Positions 1-11,035 of a stretch of DNA of 64,000 bases are shown in pieces. The notes beneath the pieces were generated by a model. The model searched no databases. It was not told the origin of the DNA and was given only the letters and a program-made list of their open reading frames with translations. This stretch comes from Torpedo marmorata (taxonomy: Eukaryota): NCBI GenBank assembly GCA_977017645.1, contig OZ360247.1:41354001-41418000 (forward strand). Direction: 5' to 3'. The position numbers were made by a program, and so were the translations under genes. Each line of letters begins with the position of its first letter. Position 1 is the stretch's first letter.

Positions 1-838
1 TCCGATCTATCTGATTTCGTCTTCCAATTCTATGAGCTCTTTCCAGCTCCACTGGTTGATCAAAAGCAAACGTTTGCATAAGCCAATTCTGAAAAAATTG
101 AGTTGGTTCTTGTGGTTCAAAACCTTCAGGTAATCCCAGTATTTTAACATTATTCCTTCGGCTTTGATTTTCCATCTGGTCCATCTTCTGCAGTAACTGA
201 TCTCTTTGTTTTTCCCACCCAGTAAATGTATCATCCATTCTGTCCACTCTTTCTCTGTATTCCATAAGTTCATCATAATTATTTTTAACATCATCTTCCA
301 CCTTCTGAACTCTAACATCCATCTTACCCATAGCTATTTCCATTTTCTTCATATTCTGCTTTGCTTCCTTAAATTCTCTTTGCATATGCTGTTCAAGCTT
401 TGTAATGGCTTGTAGTATTTGCTGTTGGTTATTTTTCATAGACCAAATTTCCTTTAACACATCATCTGGATATGGCTCATACTCTTCACTTTCCCCTTCT
501 TCAAATTGCTGGACATCTCTCTCCTTAGTTTCCGATTCTGACGATGTTTCTAGCTCCCCAGTCTGTAGTACAGTCTGGGGAGCGTCTTTTCTCTTGATGT
601 ACTCTTCAGATGTAGGTCGCTGAAATTCACGCGATCTTACCGATTCGCGCATGCACGTCATATCCGAAGCTCCTCTTGTAGTTTTACGTCGGGCGCCGGC
701 GCCATCTTCCGCAGCTCCCTGCGGGGACAGCGCCGGCGCTCCCGACTCACCCGACAGTCTTCCGCGCTGCGCTTTAGGCAACGTCAGAACCATAGTAACC
801 AAGAGATACAATTGCAGAATATTTGAACACTTGGTCAT
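1..838 (-). mobile_element. L1 (LINE-1 clade) 5' part: uninterrupted ORF1 running off the window's left edge
   Basis: Manual minus-strand translation from ATG at 838 is open for 279 codons to the edge: acidic linker, coiled coil (LQAITKLEQHMQREFKEAKQNMKKMEIAMGKMDVRVQKVE), then ENQSRRNNVKILGLPEG and ELERAHR, typical L1 ORF1p RRM motifs. Absent from the ORF track because it has no stop in the window. Confidence 0.88.
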
Positions 839-1119
839 CTTTTTTTAGCATCAAAATTAATTAGTACAACAAATTATTCTTGAAACATCTTTAACAAAGT
901 AATAAGAACTTCATAGATAAAGTGCTGTTGATAAAATTCTGATATGAATGTGTGCATTGAGTGATTGGGATAAATGAGAATAATTTCAGACATTTTAGGA
1001 GTTGTCTTACAGAGATGATAAAGGCATGGGTTCATGCTTGGAATTGCAAAGTTTTGGCTATGGCAGCTAAAGGTAAGCCTGCCAGTAGTGGGCATTGGAA
1101 ATTGGAGATTCCAACCCCC

Positions 1120-2250
1120 CACCCCCTGCATTTGGATCCATGACTTCCTATCCTGCAGGCTGCAATCAGTGAGGATTAGTAACAGACCTCCTCCATGATC
1201 ATCCTCAACACCAGGGGACCACAAGGCTGTATACTCAGTCCCCAGCTACACTTCCTGCACACCCATGACTGCATGGTCAACACCACTCCAACTCCATCGA
1301 TAAATTTACGGATGACACCACCTTCATAGGTAGGATCTCTTAACAATGACCATTTGGAGTACAGAAGGGACTAGCAGCTTGGTGGCAGGACAACTTCTCC
1401 TTCGATATCAAGACCGAGGAGCTGGTTACAAACTTTGGAAAGGGGCATATCACACTCCCTGATCTGCATCAACTGTGATGAAGTAGAGAGAGTAAACAGC
1501 TTTAAGTTCCTGGGGGTTAACATCTCCAGTGACTTGTCCTGGTCCTTCCGCAATGGCCAAGAGAACATTACCAGTGCTTTTGTTTGGGCGCCTGCCTACA
1601 TTTTGCTCATACCTTGATGAAGGGCTCAAGCCCGAAACGTTGGTTATGTATCATTATCTTTGCTATATAAAGTGAGTTTCTCCAGCATTGTTTTTACAAG
1701 CATACCAGTGCCTCTACTTCCTCAGGTTTGAGGAAATTTGACATGTTACTTGCATCCATTAACTTCTACAGATGCACCATTGAAGACATCTTGTCAGGCT
1801 GCTTCACTGTGTAGTTGGGGAACGGCTCCACACAAGACTGCAACAAAAAAAAAATCAGAGGGTTGCGAATGTGGTTCAGGCCATCACACGTAAACCCTCC
1901 TCTTCATCGACTCCATCTATAACCCCCACTGCTGCGAAAAGCAGCTATATTAAAAGACTCTTTCCACCCTGACCACACTCTCTTCACTTCCTTAAAATCA
2001 GGGAAAAGTTTCACGAGTATAATCATGCACCACCAGATTCAAGGACATTTACTTTCCTGCCATTATCAGACTCCTGCACGAACCTCAAAATAGTCAAATG
2101 CCCTTGCTCTGTACCATGTGATCTCTGCACTTTTGTACTATGTCGTACTAGTTATACAAGGCATAGATGTCTAGATGCACTGCTTGCAAAACTAACTCTA
2201 TCACTGCATCTTGGTACAGGTGACAATGCACATGAACTTGAACCTGAAAC
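1120..2250 (+). mobile_element. Degraded Rex1/Babar-type LINE 3' half (RT and tail)
   Basis: Frameshifted RT motifs (ILNT..QGC, KFTDDTT, VERVNSFKFLGVNISSDLSWS) and a GAACTTGAAC-type tail near 2235. Confidence 0.8.
1578..1702 (+). mobile_element. Penelope-like element terminal fragment with hammerhead-like motif, nested in Rex1
   Basis: TTGATGA-A-GGGCTCAAGCCC-GAAACGTT at 1614-1641; flanked by direct repeat TACCAGTGC (1569-1577, 1703-1711). Confidence 0.7.
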
Positions 2251-2514
2251 ATTAACTCTAAGCACATTTCTCTCTTCATGGACTTTGCCAGTCCCGAATA
2301 TTTCCAAGCTTGTCTGTTTTTGTCACATTTCTCATGCTTTTGCCCCACCAAAGCCTTGCACTCTGGTAACAAGACCTTTTCTTTGGTTCCTCTACCTACT
2401 TGTATGATTGTATCATGAGGATGTTACAGAGATGGGTTTGTTACAAAACCTTGGAGCGATTTTGGAAAAGATGGATTGGTAGTCAAAATAAAGCAGTGAG
2501 CAGAAAATGTACTA

Positions 2515-3080
2515 CAGGTCGAGTACCCCTTATCCGAAGATCCAAAAATCGAAAAGAAATTTAGCGTCGACATGACATCACAAGTGGAAAAAAAATTCAA
2601 CACCTGACTTGCCCATGTTGGTGTCAGTTTGATTACAATAACAGTTTTTAAAAAAAATAAATTAAAAAAAAAAAATCTTTGCTTCTGGCCGGGAAGATGC
2701 CAAACGTAGCTGGGTCCAAGTCTTCAGCATCGGCTGCAGCCGACGACGGCAACTCTATTCTCAACATCGGGTGCGGTGCCATCCGCATCAAAGAAGTCGC
2801 CTCGGGCTCCCGGGCAGGAGCGGGGACCGTCGGGGAGGTGGTCTTCTTTTGTAAGCAGAGATCAAGTTGTTTTTTTTTGGTAAATACTAAACATTATTTC
2901 ATGTGAATTTTCCACTTGTGGCATCATGTCGGCTCTCAAAAAACATGCCGTTGTTTGTTGTTTCTGTTTAACCGCTCTTACAGGTATTATGCTGATGCTA
3001 CTTAATTCCATTGTTCCAAAATCCGAAAAAAACGAAAAACGTCTGGTCCCAAGCATTTCGGATAAGGGGTACTCGACCTG
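2515..3080. mobile_element. pogo/Tigger-family non-autonomous DNA transposon (Tigger4/MER46-like ends)
   Basis: Perfect 24-bp TIR CAGGTCGAGTACCCCTTATCCGAA (2515-2538 / 3057-3080), TA on both sides. Confidence 0.9.
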
Positions 3081-3459
3081 TATAGGATGAACTGTGTTCA
3101 CTCCATCTTTATTCAGCAGTATACATTAATTAAAAGCACAGCTCTAATCATCATGAAATTGCTTCACTCTCTAAGCTAACCAATCTTGGGATGCAAGGAT
3201 GTTGACTTGCAGTTATGTGTAGACTGGACTCTTTATGATTCCAAAAGCACAGGAAATTTGCTTTGGAGTACAGTATTTGAATTGTTTGTTCTACTATTAC
3301 TACTAAGATTTATCCTGTACCACACAAAATCAGGTTTAGCCAACCATTTTATTAGTCTATCAGGTTTAACATTGAGTGCCTAATCTCCCACAGCGAATGC
3401 TTTCTAGATAATAAATTCACCAAAGACAGCTACAAAATGAAAGAATCTAATATTCCTTG

Positions 3460-4170
3460 TATTCAGCACTGAGTCTCCTAAAATTAACATCCTGGAGTTA
3501 TCTTTGACCAAAATCTTGATGAGTAGCACATAAATTCGTTACAAGAACTGGTCAGTCGCTGAGTTTTGTGTGATGCATGACTTGCATCCTGACCACCAAA
3601 GCCTTTCCACCAACTACTAAGTATTGGTCAAGAGTGTGAAGGAATACTCTTCACCTACCCATGTGAATGCAGTCCCAGCAGAACATGAGGCTTATCACAA
3701 TCCAAGGTGAAGTATCCTGTTTGATTGTGTAGTGCAGTGCATATGGTACTGTGGTTACTTACCTTGGCTGCTCTGATGGCATTCCCAAGCCTATGGTTAT
3801 CTGTCACAAAGGACAAGCCATTATCTGGGGACTCCCTTAAAGTTGCACATCCTTTTGACTTGGAAATGTATTGTCCCTTCCTTCGTCTAAATTCTAGAAC
3901 TTCCTACCAAAAAGCATTATGGGAGTGCTTTCACCAGAAGGATTGCAACAGTTCAAGAAAGCGTTAAACCAGAAAGTCTGCAGATGCTGGGGTCGAGTGC
4001 AACACACATATCTGCTGCAGGAACTCAGTAGGTCATGCAGCATCCATAGGAATAAAAGTGTAACCAACATTTTGGGCTTGGGCCCTTGTGCAGGTTCAAG
4101 AAAGTGGTTCTTCACCACCTTCTGAAGTGCATTGGCAGTCAATAAATGCTGGGCTTGTCAATGATGCTCC
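3460..4170 (+). mobile_element. Old CR1/L2-group LINE 3' relic
   Basis: Degenerate LGV..DQ.L..., VKSV.EYS motifs and AATAAA-containing 3' end; interrupted at 3962-4093. Confidence 0.6.
3962..4093 (-). mobile_element. Penelope-like terminal fragment inserted in the LINE relic
   Basis: 11-bp TSD GTTCAAGAAAG at 3951-3961 and 4094-4104; CTGCAGATGCTGG...GAACTCAG terminal motif shared with other copies. Confidence 0.72.
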
Positions 4171-4194
4171 CATCTTCAGCATTGCCAGCATGTG

Positions 4195-4600
4195 GCTAAG
4201 CACAAAATTGAAGAACTGCATATTGTCTTCTACCTGGTAGCCTACAATTCAACAGTATGAACATTGAATTTTCCAATTTTGGGTAATCCATCCTGATCTG
4301 GTTCCACCGTTTCCATTTGTCCTTCACCTGTCCCATTCTCCCAGCCGATTTCAGTACTGCTGTTCCCCCAGCTGGTTTGCATTTCCACTCCGCTACCTGT
4401 CTTCCCATTCCACCTCTCACCTTCATCTGTCTGATATCCTATTACCTCTTGGCCCCTCCTTAGCCCTCCCCTCCTTTTTGTCCTTACAATCTCCCCCTCT
4501 CATTTTAGTCTCAAAAAAGGGTCCCGACTTGACTATTCATTTTTTTTCACCATGAATGCTGCTTCATACTCTGAGTCCCGCCAGCTTTACATCATTGCTT
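4195..4600 (+). mobile_element. Penelope-like 3' fragment (GIY-YIG C-terminus and pyrimidine-rich UTR)
   Basis: KHKIEELHIVFYL...QFNSMNIEFSNF resembles the PLE KRKLEEQHLIFRLG...MNIEFSNF terminus. Confidence 0.7.
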
Positions 4601-5004
4601 TAAAAAAATTGTGCCCAATTGCCAGCACTTAAATATGTCTATTTTCTCCTTGTCTGTTTAAGTGCTAAAATCCTAATCTCTTCATGTTAAGATTATTATC
4701 ACGCTTGATGTTCTGATGAAGTTTCCACTGCTGCTGGTTCATCCTATTTGTGGAATAGGAAGTGGCTCTGGTACCTGCTGTCGTTCAGTGTAGCCAGCAA
4801 TAAGAGCAGAAAAAAATGCCTTGCCAGAGCTGTTGATAATTGTGCAATTACAGTTCACAAGTCAATTTCTTATACTTTTATTGTACTATTTTAGTAATCC
4901 GAACACCAAGATGAAAATTAGAAACCAAAAGAAATTAGACTTCACTTCTGTAGACTCTTTCATGTCCACAGGTGATCAAAATGTTTTCCAGAAATTGAGA
5001 GATT

Positions 5005-5466
5005 CTTGATGTGTAGTCAATGTAAAAAAAAATGCAACAGCCATTTTGTGTATAAAAAGTCCCCATAGAAAGCAATGTGATAATGATCAGTTATTCAGCT
5101 TTGGTCTGAGATTGGATGAATTCTCATCTTCAAAGTATATTTTTGTATCTGAGGAACAATAATGCCCTTGATTTAATGTTTTGGTTTCTTCCATTCTTCT
5201 CTCCTACCAACTCCATAAAAAAACATAAAAATATTTATGTTGCGTGAGGTGAAAGAAAACCAGGCTTTTACTTAAATGTGCTGTGGCCTCCTGGAGGGCC
5301 CCCATTGAGAATGGCTGATGTATTATCTGAAAGCCATCATCTCCTGCCCAGCACTTTATCCAGCAGTGGAGTACCAATCTTGATTGTGTCAAATTTCTAG
5401 AGTTGGACCTGAGCATGCAACATTATGATTAAGATTTTTGAATGCTAGCAACTGAGCCACAACTGA
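5005..5466 (-). mobile_element. Ancient DeuSINE (SacSINE1/AmnSINE1-like) relic
   Basis: CAGCCATTTTGTG...AGCAATGTGATAATGATCAG Deu-domain-like segment and GCTAGCAACTGAGCCACAACTGA head-like end, matched from memory. Confidence 0.6.
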
Positions 5467-6910
5467 TGAGTGGTAATAACTGGAAATAAATGTGTAAGAT
5501 TTCAGTCAGAAATGTGTCTAATTCCACAGTCACAACCTACCAGCAATTTCCTCTTTCTAAATAGGTAGTCTTCAGTCACAATTCTTTTGTCAACTTTCGT
5601 CAGCATGGTTTGATCCTATAATCTTTGTCCATTTCAAAAATGTTATTGTCACGTACAAAACAAAACCTCTTGTAGCTTACTGCCAATTATAAGTAATTGT
5701 TGTAATTGCAATTGGACTAAATGTTCCCACTATTTTAATAAATAGCCATTATAAGTTAGCACCAGTGTCTTCACCCTAATTTTAATGTTTTCCTTTAAAG
5801 TACTCATAACTGGAATAGGAACACTGCTATAACATCAATGGCAGATTTAAACTGAAAATGGTTCTGTACCTTTTTCTCTAAAAGCCCCCAGTATAAATAC
5901 AATTTGCATCACAGGGTTAAAAGTTATGTGGCCTGGAATATGTTATTACCTTGTATCTTGATACGTGCCAGTTTGCACTGAGCCATGTCATCCAACCACT
6001 GTAACCAGCACAACTGGAGGATCTGTAGTTTGCCTTTATTCGTTGTATTTATTATCTTCCTTTGATACAATTTGTGATGTAAGGACCTGATTTTTGCCTA
6101 AATGGCGGATGCAAAGACATCTTTCCAGCATGTATACACTCGCATTGAGATTAAGTGGTCTTCAGAAATGTTTATTTGTGTAGTTACATGTATTTTGTTG
6201 TATTGTGCTATAGAAGTAAGACTTAAAAGTAGCATCAGGAATTAACATTCACAAGATGATTTTGACTGGTTATTAATATAAATGAGTCTGCGCTAAAATT
6301 ATTTCTCTTCCCGCCCACCCCACCACCTCCCACCCCCTTCTTCGCAGCCCACACTGTATGTACCTACAATCCTCTGAAAGCTTTTGCTGGTTTTGCTGAA
6401 GTGGATAATGGTTCATCTGATATGTAGAATACCAGTGATGCCTGTGTGTACAATATAGTCAATCAACCACACATTCAAGAGAGTGTCAGTGGCAATATAC
6501 AAAGTTATCCATTTCATTGGTGCAGGATGAACACATTTACTTGCTCTTTCTTTAAAAAAAAGTAATTTTAATTTGTATTTTATTCTGGTAGAAAAATTAT
6601 TAACTTCATTTAAACTGAAAACAGTATGATGGCATTATGCCCTTTGTAGATGGTGTTGCTGAATTGCATTTAACAGCATTGAATTGTAGAAAAAAATCAA
6701 AAGAAGCTGGTCTATTGCAAAATGCATAATTATTGTGTGATAAGTATGAGATTGAGCAAAAGATACTTGAACAGGAATGCTGTACCTTCAATTAGTTACT
6801 TGATTGTAAACTGCTACTTTTATGTGTTCTCATAGTTATTATCAAAATTCCAAATGTAATAAACTTGCTGATTTTTCAGGTAACAAGAATTTTGTTTCTT
6901 CTAATTGCAG

Positions 6911-8140
6911 CTAAAGATTGAAAATATTTCTATCTTCCCTTTGGTTGGGTACCCTCTACAGGAGAATTTCTATTTCCGTTATACATGTTTGATGGACAAA
7001 CAGAACAGCGCATGTTTGAGCCTCACCTCTGATGACTACATTGTAGTGATAAAATGGAAGCAGTCATTTATTTCTAACAAAATAGTGCTGACTGTTTTCA
7101 GTTGGATCTTTCTATTACTCTTCACACAGTCCAAATGGTTGCAGGAATTTGAACTTATTACTGTGACCTTAACATTGGAAACTTTCAGTCAGATCCTAGT
7201 CTTTATTTATACATCTAAACTAAATGTGAATGCATGTGATGTACAAAAGGTGGTAAACATAGTTAAGGACCTTCAAATGAATAACGCTGTCAACTCTTGC
7301 AAGAATCTGATCGACAACTGTTCTTCATATGTTGCTGGAATGGCCCAAGAGGGAAAACAGTGCTCCCAGATCCCTCCTCAATTTTATGGTAATGTCGACA
7401 GAGAACTTGATTTATCAACCAAGATTTGTCCCAGAGAAGGGAATAAATCCTATCTGGTGAAAGTTGAGGATGCAATGGCAAAACGACACTTGAAAGCAAG
7501 AGATCGAGCATATTATGAAGAGAGTAAAGGAGTTGAAAATGTTCATGAAATGGAAGGAGATGCAGAAAATTCTGACTCAGATGACCAAGGATCTTATAAC
7601 CGTGATCAAATTATTGTTGAAGTGAACCTTAATAATCAGACTTTACATGTGTCTAAAGGGACAGAAGGTGTAACTTCACAGTCTGAAAAATCAACTGTGG
7701 TTGACTCGAGTGATGGAGAGAATGATGAAGGGGATGATGATTTGGAAGATGAGGACGAGGATGACGAATTTGACATAGAAGATGGGCAAGATGATGAAGA
7801 AATAGAAGAAACCAAATACAGAAAACCTAAGGAAATGACTAGGTTGAAAACAACAGAAGCAACTCTTTCAAGGGAAAGTGCAAAGATTCAGCTGCCTGAG
7901 CAGAGAAAGAAAAAAACTAAAATTTCGAAACCTTCAAGCCAGAAAGAAAAGCAGATTGAAGAAAAACAGAATCTCACCTGTGAAAAATGTCCCAGAGTCT
8001 TCAACAATCGTTGGTATCTGGAAAAACACATGACTGTCACTCACAGTCGAATGCAGATATGTGATAAGTGTGGAAAAAAATTTGTGTTGGAAAGCGAACT
8101 TGTTCTTCATCAACAAACTGAGTGTGAAAAGAATATTCAG
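6911..8140 (+). CDS. ZNF652: ZNF652 first coding exon: degenerate BTB-like N-terminal extension, acidic region, zinc fingers 1-2
   Basis: Acceptor ttcttctaattgcag|6911, donor CAG|gtaggc at 8140 (1230 nt, phase 0). Encodes MNNAVNSCKNLIDNC..VAGMAQE..ELDLSTK, DQIIVEVNLNNQTLHVSKG and LTCEKCPRVFNNRWYLEKHM...CEKNIQ, matching ZNF652. In-frame ATGs at 6992 and 7277; the 5' boundary and start codon are inferred. Confidence 0.9.
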
Positions 8141-8749
8141 GTAGGCCACAGCTTTTTGTTATATTCATAAATGATAATGTTTACACATTCAAAGTTAGCA
8201 GATCATTGGGCAGAAATTATAAAATGTGTCATTTCTTTTAGGATCTGCTTCCTTGTTTTTGAGCTTTGCTAGTTTTTCCCCTTGGCAGCATTCACACAAG
8301 TAGAAAAGATACAGCCTGCTGATAATCCAACAATGTTGTTTTAGTTGATTTGGGTGTTCAGGAGTAATGGATTATTTACCTTTTCCATCATCTACTGGCA
8401 GGTGGGATCAGAACCAGTTGTTGCTAACCATTATCTTTCCATTGAGATGAAGTGAATGTCTCCATGGAGTGGAGAATGTATCTGACTTTTTCTGTTGCAT
8501 TGTGCTGTAGTAGATTTAGCATGCTCTGCTTCTTTATGATACAGCGTCTCAAAACCTATTTCATGGTCCTCTTTTTTTTTGTACACTGTTCAAAATTCAA
8601 TAAAAAATTATGGTGATTTACAAAAGGATATTGCCCAAGGTCAGGTTTGTGCAATTATATATGCTACCTATTGTATTTGTGCGTGGGTTGATTTGCCTAG
8701 TCGGCACGCAAAACAAAGCTTTTCACTGCATTTCTGTACATCTGATAAT

Positions 8750-9345
8750 AGGCACTTCAAAAATGTGATTAGCACAGGTGGGCATCTTGGTTTACGTGGA
8801 CGAATCGGTCCGAAGAGCCTTTTTCTGTGCTCCGACTCTCTCAACCGTAATCAAGAATAGAAAGGGTAGTCATTTGGACATGAAGATTAATTAGAGAATG
8901 CCAGCGTGGATTTATTAAAGGCAAATTGAGTCTACTATGAGAGAACTTTTGATGAAGGGATGGAAAGCTTCAGTGATGGAAATGTGGTGGGACTGGTAGA
9001 TAGGTGGCAAATAAAATATAATAGTAAAAAATGTGAAGTGTTACATTTCAGTCAGAAGAATGAGGCGATATGCGCAATAGAGATTTGGAAGTATAAGGAG
9101 CGATTTGGAGGTAGAAATACATAGTTTGTTGAAAGTAGCAGGGTTGGTTGAGAATAGTTTTGTTTTTAAAAACATGGAAGTTCAAGAAAGCAAGGAAATC
9201 CTAATCTTTATAAAATGCTGGTGAGAGTGGAAGAGATTTCCCAAAATGATTCTAGTGTTGAGGGGCTTTAGATATGAGAGTTTGCAAGAGGATCTTGCAG
9301 CAATGTTTAATCTCATGAAGGGTATAGATAAAGTGGATGGAAAGA
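8750..9345 (+). mobile_element. Old CR1 fragments
   Basis: CR1 3'-tail-like GGGCATCTTGG...GAAGAGCC...TGTGCT and degenerate RT-downstream motifs (KCEVLHF, MKGIDKVD). Confidence 0.55.
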
Positions 9346-9469
9346 AAATGCTATCATCAACGACATCTTCCTTTCTGCATTCCATCAGCAGCATCCAAAT
9401 TCATATATCCCTTTCCTTGCACCTTCTCAAACTACCCATCCCTTACTACTATCCAGCAACGCAAATACT

Positions 9470-10220
9470 CTAGATGAAACAATTCATTAGCTGTATTAAT
9501 TTAATTTTCTGTATTCAGTGCTCATAATTTTGTCTCCTTAATATTGGAGACATCAAATTCAGACTGGATGATAGAATAGAACACCTTTATTGAGCACCTG
9601 CTTTCTGTCTACAAGGATGGTTTGAGCTTCCAGTTGCTTCTCATCTTTTTTGTCCACCTGACTTCCACTCTGACTTATCCATGTTTGCCCTACTACTTTT
9701 TTTCCAATGAAGTCAAACGTAAACTTGAGGATCATCGTCTCATCTTCCAACTCGGTAACAATTCCAGAAAACTGGCTTTTCTAGTTCGTAAGACCTGACC
9801 ATTTCTGAAGATAGGTCATCAAACTGTAATGTTAACTTTTTTTTCTCTTTCTAGGGGTGCTCTCTGACCTGTTAAACATTTTCAACAGTATAATGAACTT
9901 CAGATTTCAAAGCTTGTATTTTATATCCAGTTCCAGCATTAATTTTTTTCTCTTCCCTATCCTCAGTTAATTAACTAATGAACAAACCTTCACCCTCTCT
10001 CAGCCAGTACTACCACCTTTTGTGTCATTCAATCTCTCAAGGTTTCCTATCTCATGGAATCCCATCTCCCAGTTCTCTGCAACTTTTCTGAGTTTAGGTG
10101 AATAGTGACTGACGTGAAAAGGTGTCTGTTTCTACGTTCAAGCATGCTATCTGATCTTCTGAATGTTTCCAGCAGTTTGGTTTTATTTCAGATGTCCAGC
10201 ATCTGTAGTTTCTTGCTTTT
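9470..10220 (+). mobile_element. Old Penelope-like fragments
   Basis: IYCIQC..YIGD, KRKLE...HLIFQLG GIY-YIG remnants and CCAGCATCTGTAG terminus. Confidence 0.55.
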
Positions 10221-10539
10221 TGATATGGTTAGTTAATGTAAGGTTTAAAAAAAATGAACTCTAGGTTAGAAAATACTTTGAACCAGACGGGTCATTAGAC
10301 CCGAAACATCGTTTCGCCAGGACTTTTGTGTACTGCAGGGTTATTATGACAGTTCATTAATTTCACAATTAAAGGGTCACAATTCCTGGAGCTATGTTTT
10401 TAAAATTCCAGATTATTTATTTAATGGATCAGATTCATACTTGTCTTTCTACATTTGTCAGTCCAAGTCTCTGGTTTAATAATCTGTCAATTTAACCTAT
10501 TTTATCTCTTTTTTATATTTCATGTTGAATTGTACTCTA

Positions 10540-11035
10540 CAAAAACACAGAAACGGCAGATGCAGGAATCTTGAGTGAACAAGAGGCTGGATGGGCTCAG
10601 CGAGTCTGGCAGCATTCATGGTCCTTGGGTTGGGACCCTTTGTCGAGCGAAAGTAGGAAGGGGAGTTAAGTATGGAAGGGTGGGGAGGGGCCCAGAGGTG
10701 ATGGGATTCTGCACAAACGAGGATAGAGATGGAGATACAGGTAGAAGAAGAGTCCACTGGGGAAGGTGTAGGTAGAAAGGTAGAACAGGAGCAGGTAAGG
10801 GACATTTTGAAACATGGGAACAAATCGGGTTGGGGGGTTACCTAAATTTAGAGAGCCCATTGTACATGCATTTGAGTTCTAGGTTCCCCAGGAGGAATAC
10901 CTGTTTATGTTTGGCCTCATCCTGGCAATGGCTGAGGCCAACAACAGACTTATCTGCATGTTGAAGGTAATTAGAGTGGCTTACAATTGGGAGTTCCTGC
11001 TTGTACCTAAAGATAGAAAGCCAGTGCTGTTGCCT
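10540..11035 (-). mobile_element. Penelope-like 3' fragment
   Basis: Minus ORF 10838-11044 VVGLSHCQDEAKHK resembles the PLE GIY-YIG end; terminal GCAGATGCAGGAATC motif. Confidence 0.65.

Noticed and set aside
620-790. CpG island as the ZNF652 promoter
   Set aside because: It lies inside the L1 ORF1 reading frame on the minus strand.
8050-8130. Atypical C2HC zinc fingers (also the last finger, HKEKC)
   Set aside because: The same arrangement is present in mammalian ZNF652, so it is not novel.
10278-10316. Hammerhead-like CGGGTC-ATTA-GACCCG-AAAC-ATC-GTT
   Set aside because: Helix II and GAAAC are present but there is no CUGANGA core; at best a decayed copy.
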